Source: Octopus vulgaris
Taxonomy: Eukaryota
Reading direction: 5' to 3'
Assembly: GCA_951406725.2 (NCBI GenBank)
Contig: OX597821.1
Location: forward strand, 64,356,001-64,420,000
Length of the DNA stretch: 64,000 nt
Positions 12,488-25,253 of the stretch are shown one piece after another; position 1 is the stretch's first letter, and each line of letters starts with the position of its first letter. Both the position numbers and the translations under genes were made by a program. The notes beneath the pieces are model-generated. The model saw nothing but the letters and a program-made list of their open reading frames with translations, ran no database searches and was not told the DNA's origin.

Positions 12488-13196
12488 TTGACTATATAAA
12501 CTGGAAGGATATGAATTTGTGATTTCTAATTAAAAAGCTGAAACCTAAAACTATAAGAGCGGAAATGCTAGTTCTAACACACATGCCTTGAAAGAGCTGC
12601 ATTAATTAAGCGTTTACAAATGGTAAAAATAAGAGAAATTGTTTTGAAAATTTGATGCATAAATAAGGAAACCATTATATCAAAAATTCTTTCCATCACT
12701 ATATAGCCCGAAAATCTGATTTTAAACTGGTTTTAAATAAATTAGACAGATTTGTTCAAATTGGGCCTCGCACCTATCGGAGTATACTATGATGAATCTA
12801 TGATCATCGCGGCTAACGGTGGGGCATGAAGTCCACAACGTTTGTTGGCTGTCACTGAAGCACAAAACATCAATTTTCATGATTTCCCACTGACAATTCT
12901 CTAATTAGGTACTGAACGTCCTAGAGCATGTTCCACGAACATGACATCGAACTGACAAGGAAGCCTTCGTCTGGTAACTAGATTTCCTAGAATTAGTAAC
13001 CAAAGTTTCTCTTAAATTATGTTATACTTTCTTAAAACTGGAAAACACATAAAGTAACGTCATTCTAGCACCATTGATTAAAAGACGCGAATAGTTACTG
13101 CCGAAAAGCCTCTTTAATCATAGTTTGGCGGACTCAGGAATTGCTTTGGTTTAGAGAAAAAAAAAAAAAACAAACTAGAAGTAATTATTTCACATA

Positions 13197-13355
13197 CAGG
13201 CTCAGGAGTAGCTGTGTGGTAAGTGGTTACCAGCCACATGGTTTCGGGTTCAGTCCCACTGCGTGGAACCTTGCCAAAGTGCTTTTTACTATATTCTCGG
13301 GCCGACCAACGCCTTTCGTATCTATATATATACATATATAATATAATATAACATA

Positions 13356-13413
<58 letters not shown>

Positions 13414-13818
13414 GTATGTATATATGAGTGTATTTGTGTTTCAGTGTTTGTCCCACCAACATCGCTTGACAACCGATGCTGGTGTGTTTACGTCCCCGTA
13501 TCTTAGCGGTTCGGCGAAAGAAATCAATAGAATAAGTACTAGGTTTACAAAGAATAAGTCATAAAGTCAATATTAGCAGGGTATCTGAAGGCGGCGAGCT
13601 GGCAGAAACGTTAGCATGCCGGGCGAAATGCTTAGTGTTATTTTGTCTGTCCTTACGTTCTGAGTTCAGATTCCGCCGAGGTTCACTTTACCCTTCATCA
13701 TTTCGGGGTCGATAAATTAAGTACCGGCTGTGTACTGCGGTTGATCTATTCAACTAAAGGTGGTGCTCCAGCATGGCCGCAGTAAAATGAGTGAAACAAG
13801 TAAAAGAATAAAAGAGTA
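13197..13818 (+). mobile_element. SINE A followed by a B-head/A-tail chimeric SINE (13589-13818)
   Basis: The A body stops at GAATAAGTC (13560). A GGCGGCGAGCTGG B head then runs into the A tail GGTGCTCCAGCATGGCCGCAG. Confidence 0.85.
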
Positions 13819-14271
13819 GATTTATGTGCGAATAGCAAAGGGCCTGTAGATCATGGGGGAACCATCACCACAAATACGGAAAAACCAGAGACGCTATACA
13901 AATATTATAGAGAAGGCTGACAAGTAACACAAAAGTATTAAAAGTATATAGTCTTAAATACCAGATCCACTTCGATAAGGCAATTTAAATATTCATGAAG
14001 ATGCATGTATGCGTGTGTGTGTGTGTATGTGTAAACACACACACACATAGGTATGGGTCCGTGCGTATCACGTCAGGTCGACGATGGAAAGGATGGCTTC
14101 CCTTTGCAAATACTGATAGGGCACAGAAAGTGTGTCAATAGCCAGCTGGGGAAGATGTTCTCCTGGGGCTACAAGCTACAATAGAATCCGCCCTCAGAGG
14201 TTAGCCACATTTAAGTGGCAAATATACTTCACATTGTCGTGCAGCTCCTGTTTATACCTCGTTCAGAGATT

Positions 14272-14328
<57 letters not shown>

Positions 14329-14382
14329 GACATACGTATACTAGTATACCTATTAATATAGGTATACTTGGATGTATATGTA

Positions 14383-14862
<480 letters not shown>

Positions 14863-15829
14863 TATGTATATGTTTATATGTGTATATGTAGGTATACATA
14901 CATATATGTATGCATGTACATTGTACTAATCCTGCTTTTGTTGACAAACTTGTACACTCTGTCTGTTCATGTATACATACGAACGCACAAGTATAAATAT
15001 GTATGTATTCACAGATATACCTGTGTGCATGTATGTACGTATATGTATATGTGTGTGTTTTTGTGTGAGTGTTTGTGTGTGTGTGTGTGTGTGTGAGTGA
15101 GGGAGAGAGAGACAGAGTGCTTGTATATATTAAACTAAATGCAGATTTATTTAAGAATCCTTACAGATATAAAACTGATTTACAAGTCGAATTTGATTAT
15201 CAAATGAAAAATTATTTTGAATAGAAATCACTGACAAATCCGTTATCTGCAACACGTTTGCTCAAAGAGTATTTAAAAAGTATTTCACGCTAAAATATCA
15301 ATTTAGGTCAGTATTAACTGGTTTATGAAAATTTATCCTAACGAATTTGAATGTTGATCATTTTGCAGAATGATTATTGTTGTCTAGCAGTGATATAACA
15401 TAGCAGATATATAAGCACATAAGTACATGATGATGGCTGCCAGCATGGAGAAAAACATGATCATCACTGAGAAAGGAATGTTCTGTGCAAAGTTTTAATT
15501 CCAGTAAGGCTGTAAAAAAATCTCATAGACCCTCTCGACCGAATTGATGGAATCCGGAGGCGAGCCGAGGCAAGATATTTAGTGCCACTATGGGTTGAAG
15601 GGTCAGGAATTTGAAAGTGCTAAGTTCTCAAGTGTGAATAAAAGATCCCCAAATTATCCAATGCAGTTCCTTGCATATCCGGTTTTATATGGGAATGACC
15701 TACTAGAGAATGATTTAACAAAAGCTGAGGTGTCTTACTACCTGTGGTATTCCAGCGCGCCGTACACTTCATACATGTATACATACATACATACATAAAT
15801 ATAAATATGTATTTGTGTGTGTGTATATG

Positions 15830-16105
15830 ATGGACTCTACAGTCGTTAAGCAACATATGAGGGTTAGACAATTTCTTATCAAACAACCACCCAAAAGATT
15901 TGTTTATAGTGATCAAATGTTTGTGTAGACATACGCTTACACCCTCCATCAGATAGACATTACCTGCACAGGTGCCATATGATCGCAGAGCAACGTGAAA
16001 TGAAGTGCTTTGCTTAAGAAGACAATGCTCCGCCTGATCTAGGAATCGATCCCACGATTTCGCAATCGTGAGTGCAACGGCCTAACCACTAAGCCATGCA
16101 CCCCG
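15830..16105 (-). mobile_element. Degenerate SINE with C-type tRNA head and a distinct 3' body
   Basis: Reverse complement begins GTGCATGGCTTAGTGGTTAGG..CACGATTGCGA..GATCGATTCC..TCTTAAGCAAAGCACTTCATTTCACGTTGCTC. Confidence 0.65.
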
Positions 16106-16201
16106 AACACTTGTGTATATATGTATGTGTGTCTATATATATATATATATATATACATATATATACGCACCTCACACGAACACACGCGCATATATATATA
16201 A

Positions 16202-16240
<39 letters not shown>

Positions 16241-16243
<3 letters not shown>

Positions 16244-16830
16244 GGTTTGGATAAAATAATGAAAGCACCTAGTATCATTATTTTGAAATATCTATAAAAC
16301 CGTCAAAAGCTTGTTTATTTTTATGTTTTTTGATTTATTACGTTTGTTGCTTAACACGTTTTGCTAAATTTGCTGTTTCTTTTCAGATATCATCGGAAGA
16401 ATGTAATTAAAATTCATTCAAATGACAGATTTATTAATTTTCCAAAGAGGTCAAATTGCTGGTGATCGTATGGTAGACGCTAGCGTAACGAAATCAGCCG
16501 AAATGTTTGGTGTATCAAGAAGTACTGTTTCAAAAGTGATGACAGCCTTTGTGAAAAAGGAAAAAACCTCTTCGTCGAAACAAAGCTCCGGAAAAAAACC
16601 AAAACTTTCAGATAGGGACCGTCGGACTCTTACGCGAATTGTTAGAAAGGATCACAAAATTACAGCTTCCAAAATTACTGCAGAGCTTAATGACCATCTT
16701 GTGAACCGAATTTCCACAAAAACTGTTTGCCGGGAGCTGCACAAAGGCGGATTTCACGGGAGCTCTGCAATCAGGAAACCACAACTTTCAAAAACAAACG
16801 TTGCAAAGCATTTAGAGTGGAGTAACAACC
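16241..16830 (+). mobile_element. Tc1 transposon 5' fragment (TIR plus N-terminal transposase from 16422)
   Basis: TA|CAGGGTTTGGATAAAATAATG. MTDL..FQRGQIAG..ASVTKSAEMFGVSRSTVSKVMTAF..SGKKPKLSDRDRRTLTRIVRKDHK (paired-like HTH). The DDE domain is absent. Confidence 0.9.
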
Positions 16831-16984
16831 CAACAATTCCGCTAAGTATATTGCCCGGCATAATAATGATTCTCCTGGATTAACGCATATGTGTATATGT
16901 ATACTACACGCATATGTTATACAATTAAGATCACGAAAAACGAACTCAATCCAGCACACGTTTCTTATTAAATACCATCGTTTC

Positions 16985-17216
16985 CTATTCCTTTATTACA
17001 CACAAGGAGCCAAACATAGAGGGTACAAACAAGGACAGACATAGGTATTAAGTCGATTACATCGACCCCAGTGCGAAACTGGTACTTATTTAATCGACCC
17101 CGAAAGGATGAAAGGCAAAGTCGACCTCGGCGGAATTTGAACTCCGAACGTAACGGCAGACGAAATACGGCTACGCATTTCGCCCGGCGTGCTAACGTTT
17201 CTGCCAGCTCGCCGCC
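16985..17216 (-). mobile_element. Young SINE B (tail type 1) with 20-bp TSD
   Basis: TTATTAAATACCATCGTTTC at 16965-16984 and 17217-17236. Confidence 0.93.
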
Positions 17217-17439
17217 TTATTAAATACCATCGTTTCGATAACACCCGATCTCTCACGCCATAGCACATAAAAATAACATAGGAGAAAGAACGCAAAGATT
17301 GCAGGTGATTATATTTATGTGGCAATTCAACAAACAGTAAGAATGTCTTGATTCCAGCTTGATGAAATGCCACTCCATTATAATCAACAGCAAATATTTC
17401 GCAATAGCGACATAAATGGAGTGATAGCGAAACAATTGT

Positions 17440-17601
17440 AGGAGTGGCTGTGTGGTAAGTAGCTTGCTTACGAACCACATGGTTCCGGGTTCAGTCACAC
17501 TGCGTAGCACCTTGGGCAAGTGTCTTCTGCTATAGCCTCGAGTCGACCAAACCTTGTGAGTGGATTTGGTGACGGAAACTGAAAGAAGCCCGTCGTATAT
17601 A

Positions 17602-17678
<77 letters not shown>

Positions 17679-17880
17679 TTGTGTATCTGTATTTGTCCCC
17701 TCAAAATCGCTTGACAACCGATACTAGTGTGTTTACGCCCCCGTAAATTAGCGCTTCGGCAAAAAGTGACCGATAGAATAAGTACTACGCTTACAAAGAA
17801 TAAGTACTGGGATCGATTTGCTCGACTAGAGGCCGTGCTCCAGCATGGCCACAGTCAAATGACTGAAACAAGTAAAAGAG
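17440..17880 (+). mobile_element. SINE A, full length
   Basis: Homologous to the other A copies, with internal (TG)n. Confidence 0.9.
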
Positions 17881-18559
17881 TTGTAACGGAATGCTCAATT
17901 CATTATTGAGCATTTGGGTATGTTACTCTTAGTAAGACTACACATTGATTTTCCCAACAGTGTCTTATCTGCTTTCATTTACTTGCGTCAATCATTAAAT
18001 TGCGGCGATGCTGGGGCTTCGTCTGGAAGGGTTTAATCGAACAAATCAACCACGGTGCTTATAATATTTTGAAGACTGATACTTATACTTATTCTAGTGG
18101 CCACTTTTCACCAAAGCACACGCTTACCGTAGATTTCAACAAACCATCAACGGTTGCCAAACGCTGGTGGGGAAGAGATACAATTACGAAGACACACACG
18201 TTCGCGTGCACACGCACGCATTTACAGATATCGTGAGAGAGAGAGAGAGAGAGGCGGGAGAAAAAGCGGAATAGATAGTTAAATCTGTACGTGTATATAT
18301 AAAGAGCATACGTGTATATGTATGAAAAGTCATGGAACAATTGACTAAAAGATCAAACTATTATAATGGCGGCTGTAATTCACTTTTACATTATAGTGGC
18401 ATTGATTCGGAAATGTAGATTTGGTGGCAGGATTCTTTCAGCGGTTTATTTTTGGCTCGTTAATTTATCTATTTACTTATTGTCAATTAACTCGGCTACC
18501 TAATCATTTATCCTTTCTATCTGTTTATCTGTCTGTCAGTCTTCTAGTATGTACGAACG

Positions 18560-18636
18560 TATATGCACAAACACACATATACACGCATACACATACATAC
18601 ACATATATACATATATATCTTTTATATATATATATA

Positions 18637-18672
<36 letters not shown>

Positions 18673-18688
18673 TATATATATATATATA

Positions 18689-18730
<42 letters not shown>

Positions 18731-19560
18731 TATATATATATATTCATATATATATAGATACGTGTGTGCGCGTATGTATATACCTCTTCCTCATATCTGT
18801 GTATATGTATGTCTATAGACACGTATACATATGTACATATATGCATGCATATATATATATGTATGTATATATGTATATATACATACATATACATATATAT
18901 ATGTGTGTGTGTATACATAAGCACTCATTTATATAACGTGTAATATAATATATATATAACATATATATGTTATATATAATATATATATTTATATAATTAT
19001 ATATATGTACACACACACACACACATATATATATACACACACACACATATACACACATATGTATGTATATATGTGTAAATGAATCCGTCGATGCTAGAGT
19101 GCGTATATGTGTGTATGTATATCTTTGTGTCTCTCTGCTTATCTCATTTTCTATTGTACCCAGCTTTCATGCAACAATGTTATTAATTATAATGTTTTCA
19201 AAAGAGAACAAAGTCTATTGTGCCTCTGATTTCTTACTTCTGTTTTTCGGTATCATAACCAGCAACGCCACAATTTCGGCTAAACACAGCCATTATACAA
19301 TCAACAACAGCATCATCATAGTGGCACTCTCGCTCCTCCTCCTTCTCCTCCTTCGCTACCGCCTCCTTTTCATTATTACCGTCATCATTTTCGCCATGAT
19401 TGTCGCCATCGTCATCATTATAGTCGTCGTCGTCATCATCATCACCATCGTCGTCGTCTTCATCGTTTTCTTCATCATCGACGTCGTCGTCGTCATCGTC
19501 GTCATCATCATCATCATCATCATCATCATTGTCATGATCATGAACATGATCATCATCGAT
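18560..19560. repeat. Compound microsatellite block: (TA)n/(CA)n then (CAT/CGT)n
   Basis: Visible simple repeats; they explain the low-complexity ORFs here. Confidence 0.9.
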
Positions 19561-19920
19561 GCCTTTGAACATGGAGGATTAACCATACCTAATATTGTCA
19601 GGCCATGATTGTAGCTGCCATTTGAATCCTCTCGTTGCAACCAACAATAGTTTTGTGTTAACATGCGCATCAATATAACGATTTCTGTTCTCTTACTCCG
19701 AGGAGAAGGACTAGGTCCGATGATCTTTTGTTTCTGAGATTTGTGGAAGGAAGTAAGTAAGTTGTCCTAATATTGGAGACCTTATGTGGATACTTGAGTG
19801 GTAAAAACTGAGTGGCCTCAGTTAAATGCACCCTAGAACCAAATTATGTTATCAAACCGTGTGATGAATCAAATCTCTGCAACGTAAAATTTTCTGAGTT
19901 CTTACTATGTTGAAGTGGTT

Positions 19921-20230
19921 GAGACTCCCTTCGGTCATGACTGACCATGGGATTGCACCTAGAAAGTTACCCTCTCCGGTACAAGTCCGGGCAAGGTTGC
20001 TACGGAAGACCAGCAGTCGCCCATGCATACCAGCCTCCCTTCTCCACGCCATCGATGTTATCCAAGGGAAAGGCAACAGTCGATACAGCCTGGTACATGT
20101 GAGTGAACTGGAGTAGCGTGAAATAAAGTGCCTTGCTCAAGAACACAACACGCAGCCCTGTCCGGGATTCGAACTCACAACCTCACAATCGTAAGCTCGA
20201 CGTTCTAACCACTGAGCCATGCGCCTTCAC
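19921..20230 (-). mobile_element. SINE C
   Basis: Reverse-complement head GTGAAGGCGCATGGCTCAGTGGTTAG..GAGTTCGAATCCC (A/B boxes) and CORE-like TTCTTGAGCAAGGCACTT. Second copy at 62781-63116. Confidence 0.9.
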
Positions 20231-21298
20231 ATCATTTACTATGTAAACGATAAGAAAGCAGTATTTCTTTGTGCTGCGTGCAAGGATCAGCAATGAGTGT
20301 GCTGCTGGAGTTTAAAATGTTCCTTTCAGATTATTTATACCTCAAGTGAGACACGTCACTCCGTAAACTCTGCGAAATATCAGAATTTGGTGAATTCGAG
20401 ATTATGGTAGAATAGATTTTCGCAAGCTCCAATACTGTGGAATTAAAACCAGAATGTCGCGGTTTTGATTCTAGTTTTTTAACCTAACCACTACGAGCCT
20501 CTCACTTTTATATTCTTATATGCTACAGTTTTGCAGTTAAGTTGAAAATCGCGGAGTGTTTTCGACAGTATTTTGGTCAGACAAATATAATATCTCTGCA
20601 AGCCTTTAGCTTTTAGGTTTTAGATTTCAGTTTTCTAGATTATCTTCATGAAAGATATTATGAAGATAAACAGGTGATAATTGGCATTACAAAAGCAAGG
20701 CAGCAGTCATATTTATTTAAGAGCAGGCTCCCAGTATGATGGAGTTGTAGCTGCTAATTAAATAAATGGACGCTGTTTTAATGGCGTAGTTCAGAAGGAA
20801 GTTATTAGTAAGCCTGAAACCACCTTCTTTGATAACAGACATAAAAGACATATAATTAGAATTAGACAATATCGGTTTATATATATATATTTAGCGATGT
20901 TTTGATAATCTGAGTGAGTGACGAGCCTTCCATAACAAAAGATTTAAGGACCAAGTTATTTAACAAGACACATGTGGGTGTAAGTATAAATTAACATTAG
21001 GATGCTTGTATCACTTGCTTTGTGTCTCATGGTCACTTGCCTCCTAATATAGAAGAGGTCCTCAGACGGTTACCTGTAGTAATGTTAACTTTCATTTTTA
21101 TCAATGCAGCCGTATAACGTAAAATACATTAACTTTCCATTTCAACATGGAATTCTCCAGCTGAAATAGAAAGTTAAAAAAAAAAACAATTTCTTATACT
21201 CCCAGAACCTTGTAGATATATTCAAGGTTTTATACGACATAACTTAAACAACATAAGTTACGCATCAATCCTTGCCAGTAAAAATCTTCCCTCGTGTA

Positions 21299-22500
21299 CG
21301 AGGGACGTTCAATAAGTGATGCCTTTGACCCACTTGCAGTTGTTTGATCTAGCTGAAATTTTGCATGTGTAATCATTTATACCTCTATAGATTAAGTGGC
21401 GAATTACAGCTCTGAATTAAATGTGGTTTCTGATTTACAGGTGTTTGAACCGAGTCAAGTGTGAAATGGAGCCTGTTGAGTGTCGAGCAGTGATCCAGTT
21501 TTTGTATTTGAAAGGACGCATACCACGGGAGAGTTTTGATGACATGAAAGTAACTTATGGTGATGATGCCCCATCATATGACCTTGTAAAACGCTGGCAT
21601 CGTGAATTCAAACATGGTCGGAACTCTGTGGAAACAGCTCCCAGATCTGGTCGCCCCCTTCTGCCATTGATGAGGCATCTGTCCGTCAAGTTGCGGCTGC
21701 CATTTTGGAAGATCGACGCATAATTATTCGCCAAATAGCCCATGAGGTCAAGATTAGTACCGGGTCTGTGGAAACTATCATTCATGACCATTTGCATATG
21801 CAAAAGGTGTCTGCCAGATGGATTCCCAGGTTGCTCACGCCTTTCCAGAAGCAAGAACGCGTCGAGTGCTCGAGGGCATAATTTGAAAGAATGAGAAATA
21901 AAGACGAAAAAAATGAACGATGAAAGAGATTTTCAGAGAGAACGAGAGAGTGAGAGGTGGAGAGAGCGTGAGACAGACAGACGGACAGAAAGATTAGCAG
22001 AGACAGAGACCGACAAAGAGAGATGAATGAGAAATTGAAGGGAGTGAGTACGAGGAGAAGGAATCGGCGTGTTGAATCAGTTTAAAAGAAAGATCAGGAA
22101 GAAAAATATGAATCTGATTAGCAGAATAAGAATATCTGAGATGATGTGGCTCAAAACCAGATTAGGATAATAGGATTTAGTCTTTAGAACAGCCGAATGA
22201 AACTGAGACAAGATGAAACAACAAGAATAATACAATATGGAATTAGTGTGAGTTTGACAGCAGCTATCATAATTCTCTACTACTACATCACTAATTCATT
22301 ATATAATTATGAACACATTTCCAAGATGATGCAGCCTTGATTTCTGAAGTAACGTTGAGGTTGGAGGACCAAGCTGGGTTCTTCTACAAAAACGGTCTCC
22401 AGAGCCGCATCAAACGATGGAAGAAATGCGTAACTCTGGGTGGTTCCTATGTAGAAAAAACTAATAACTGTGCCAAGTTTCGTTGCTCTGAGCGTATGCC
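21299..22500 (+). mobile_element. Decayed mariner; central catalytic region replaced by unrelated GA-rich DNA
   Basis: TA|CGAGGGACGTTCAATAAG TIR. MEPVECRAVIQFL..RSGRP, then a frameshift, then KVSARWIPRLLT. C-terminus FYKNGLQSRIKRWKKCVTLGGSYVEK at 22315-22465. Confidence 0.9.
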
Positions 22501-23486
22501 GAAGCTAGTCAGAACGAATGTTTATTTTGTTGTGTGGTAGATTTGATCTGTCATGTGATTTAACACCAGCAGCTGGTACATTGGTATCTTTTGCTAAGCC
22601 AATTTTGTTGTAAGCATTTGCGCATGGTTTTGAGCTCAGGATAACATTTTCACTTCCACATCTTACCATTAGTAAGCGAAGTTCGAGAAAAAGACACATC
22701 GCTCTTTTATTTCTGTCTCAGTCTTAACCTTTAAGTGACGGCAATGACCAAAAATAGTGTTAGATCGAAGTACAATAGGCTGTGATCCAAGGGCAAGGCC
22801 TCAATGTGAGTGTTCAAAATGTTAGAAATAGCTGTCATTGACATAATAGGGATTGTTTAGCTGACATACATGAACATACATCTTATCATGATTAATATTA
22901 TGTCTGGACGAAATAAATACATCTATAAGCAATGGCAGAAATGAAAGGCATTGACTCGTTATTTATACGCAAAGCTGCGTAAATCAGAAGGGATAAAATA
23001 AATCTAAATATAAACCTCATAGTGGATTATATACGAATAAACATGAACACACATACTTTCTGTAATTTTAATCCGTGAATTAAAGAGGGAAGGAAGAAAA
23101 TATCTTGACGGACATTTACATGGCTTGTTGACTGCTCCTCAGAAAAGACGTACTTGGCTTCTTTCCTAAATCAATGATCAGCTGCTATAGATCAACTACT
23201 TACAATGCAGTCATGAATTAGGTGAGCACCCTAGTGGATAGAATAATTTGCATATTTGTTGGCTCGTCATTTATTACTCAATATTTATTTCTGAAAAGTA
23301 CGGCGTAAGTCTAAAGAACTAAAATGAAGATGAGATATTGGAATATAAAAAAAACAACAACAACAAAGAATGTAAGCATATTCTTACCATACTATTGATT
23401 TACGGAAAAATGGAGGGAAACTCATGACATACCGTATTTTACTGATTTACTCTTTGTAGGCGTTTTTCAGAACTGTAAGCAGTATG

Positions 23487-23524
<38 letters not shown>

Positions 23525-23529
23525 TCTTT

Positions 23530-24280
23530 CTTTTAATTATTATAAATCTTCTACCGAGGAGAGAGCCGGTTTCCAACAAAGATACAAGGCTTCTTCTTTG
23601 GGATGTAGTTAACATAGACAAATTCACATTTGGAACTTGAGAAAAGTCTTGCGTATTTTTACTGTTCCACTCACAGATTGCTCTTGTAATGTCCGAATTA
23701 GTCGGTCAATTTCTGTTTCTGAAAGTTCCAGTTTATCCTGATTCCCCTTTAAGCATTTACTAACAAAACCTAGTGCTCCAATTATTATTGGTATGAATAT
23801 GAATTCATAGTCTGGATATAGAAGCTGGAAGTTTCGAGGCAGTTGTATACAGATATCCTCTCTTTCTTTGATTTTTCAAAGAGATAGTTATATCTGCGGG
23901 ACAGCTAACCTCTATGATGGTGTATACATTTGCCCCTCTGTCCCAAACAACAATATCCGGCCTGTTATGCTTACATTTGACAGAAGGTTTGATGGGAATA
24001 TTCCACCAGTATTTCTTGGGTTGATGTTTATGATTGCATTCCATAACAGAGGAATTTTCTAAATTTATTTCAGGATAGTCTTTTTGCGAGTGGCATTGTA
24101 AATTATTTTTGCAACAACATCGAGCCGCATAGTGAGGTAGTACCGTGATAATGTTTTAGGACAGCTGCTAATTACATGTGTAATGTCTTCCACTGAAACA
24201 TGACATAGTCTACACTATGTTGCACATTGGGGTTACAAGAGCGTCACTGTCTCTCTTTTCACCAGGTACTTTGTGTAATT
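23530..24280 (-). mobile_element. R4/Dong-like 3' fragment (CCHC knuckle plus RLE)
   Basis: CRLCHVSVEDITHVISSC, YWWNIPIK..KHNRPDIVVWD..IIEVSCPAD, IPIIIGALG, TFLKFQM*. Confidence 0.88.
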
Positions 24281-24397
24281 GTATGTATGAACGTATGTAT
24301 GTATGTATGTATGTATGTATGTATGTATGTATGTATGTATGTATGTATGTATGTATGTATGTATGTATGTATGTATGTATGTATGTATGTATGTATG
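24281..24397. repeat. (TATG)n microsatellite
   Basis: Near-perfect tetranucleotide array. Confidence 0.95.
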
Positions 24398-25253
24398 AAT
24401 GTACTCATAATACGGAAGGTAACTACACTGGAGTGTAAATACTAACTGTAAATAAAAAAAATGTATATCTGTTATATCTAGGAATTGCGTGAGTGTTGTT
24501 GATCACGAAATTCGCTCAGAAATGCAGTATACAATATTTCTAGCAGATTGTTAAGCGTGGGTAGTTGTTGAAAGGATCAGCGCATATGTCTATAGCAATG
24601 AGTTAAAAACATAAGAAAAAATTAAAACGTATATATGAGATGTACGCATTTTTATGAGTGTGTGCGTATGTGTTCTTGTATGTGTGTATGTATGAAATAT
24701 GAAATCTACGGAAAAAGTAGTGAGACGAATTTTGGGGAAAATATTTATCTATGACCAATAAGATTATGACCGACCAAAGTGAGAGAAATATGGGTTTCGA
24801 ATTTGCAAATGTCTACCCAAGATAAAATTGCATGGAAATTTTGAACCGGTTCTATTTCAAAGATCAAAATTATGTTAGAGTAACTTTTTACACATCTTCA
24901 AATAATCAGCATTTTTTTTTTAATGAAAGAAAGAAAGAAGGAAATTACTGCAACATTTTTCAAGATCTAAATAATTCCATGTATATGTATGTAGACAAAA
25001 CCAAAATTCTACAAATTTTACATCCTGAATCATAATTTACTTCTTTCAAAGAATCTAATTATAGTATAGGAAATTTCAAATATTACACATAGCAACCTAA
25101 ATATATAACCATTGTCTTTAAACTTAAGATAGATTTATGAGTTAAATACCAGACAATGTGTCAACCATACTTAACGTGGAGAGATCGTAAGGAAACATTG
25201 TATTTTATCACTCGTATAATTAAATCTGGAAAATGTAAATCAAGGATAATTTA

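Noticed and set aside
12789-12860. C/D-box snoRNA-like ATGATGA...CTGA
   Set aside because: Only a 2-bp terminal stem and no rRNA guide that I can recognise.
19063-19673. Long hydrophobic, acidic and poly-Met ORFs (also 43909-44545, 33815-34456, 44829-45143)
   Set aside because: They are translations of trinucleotide microsatellites open in several frames.
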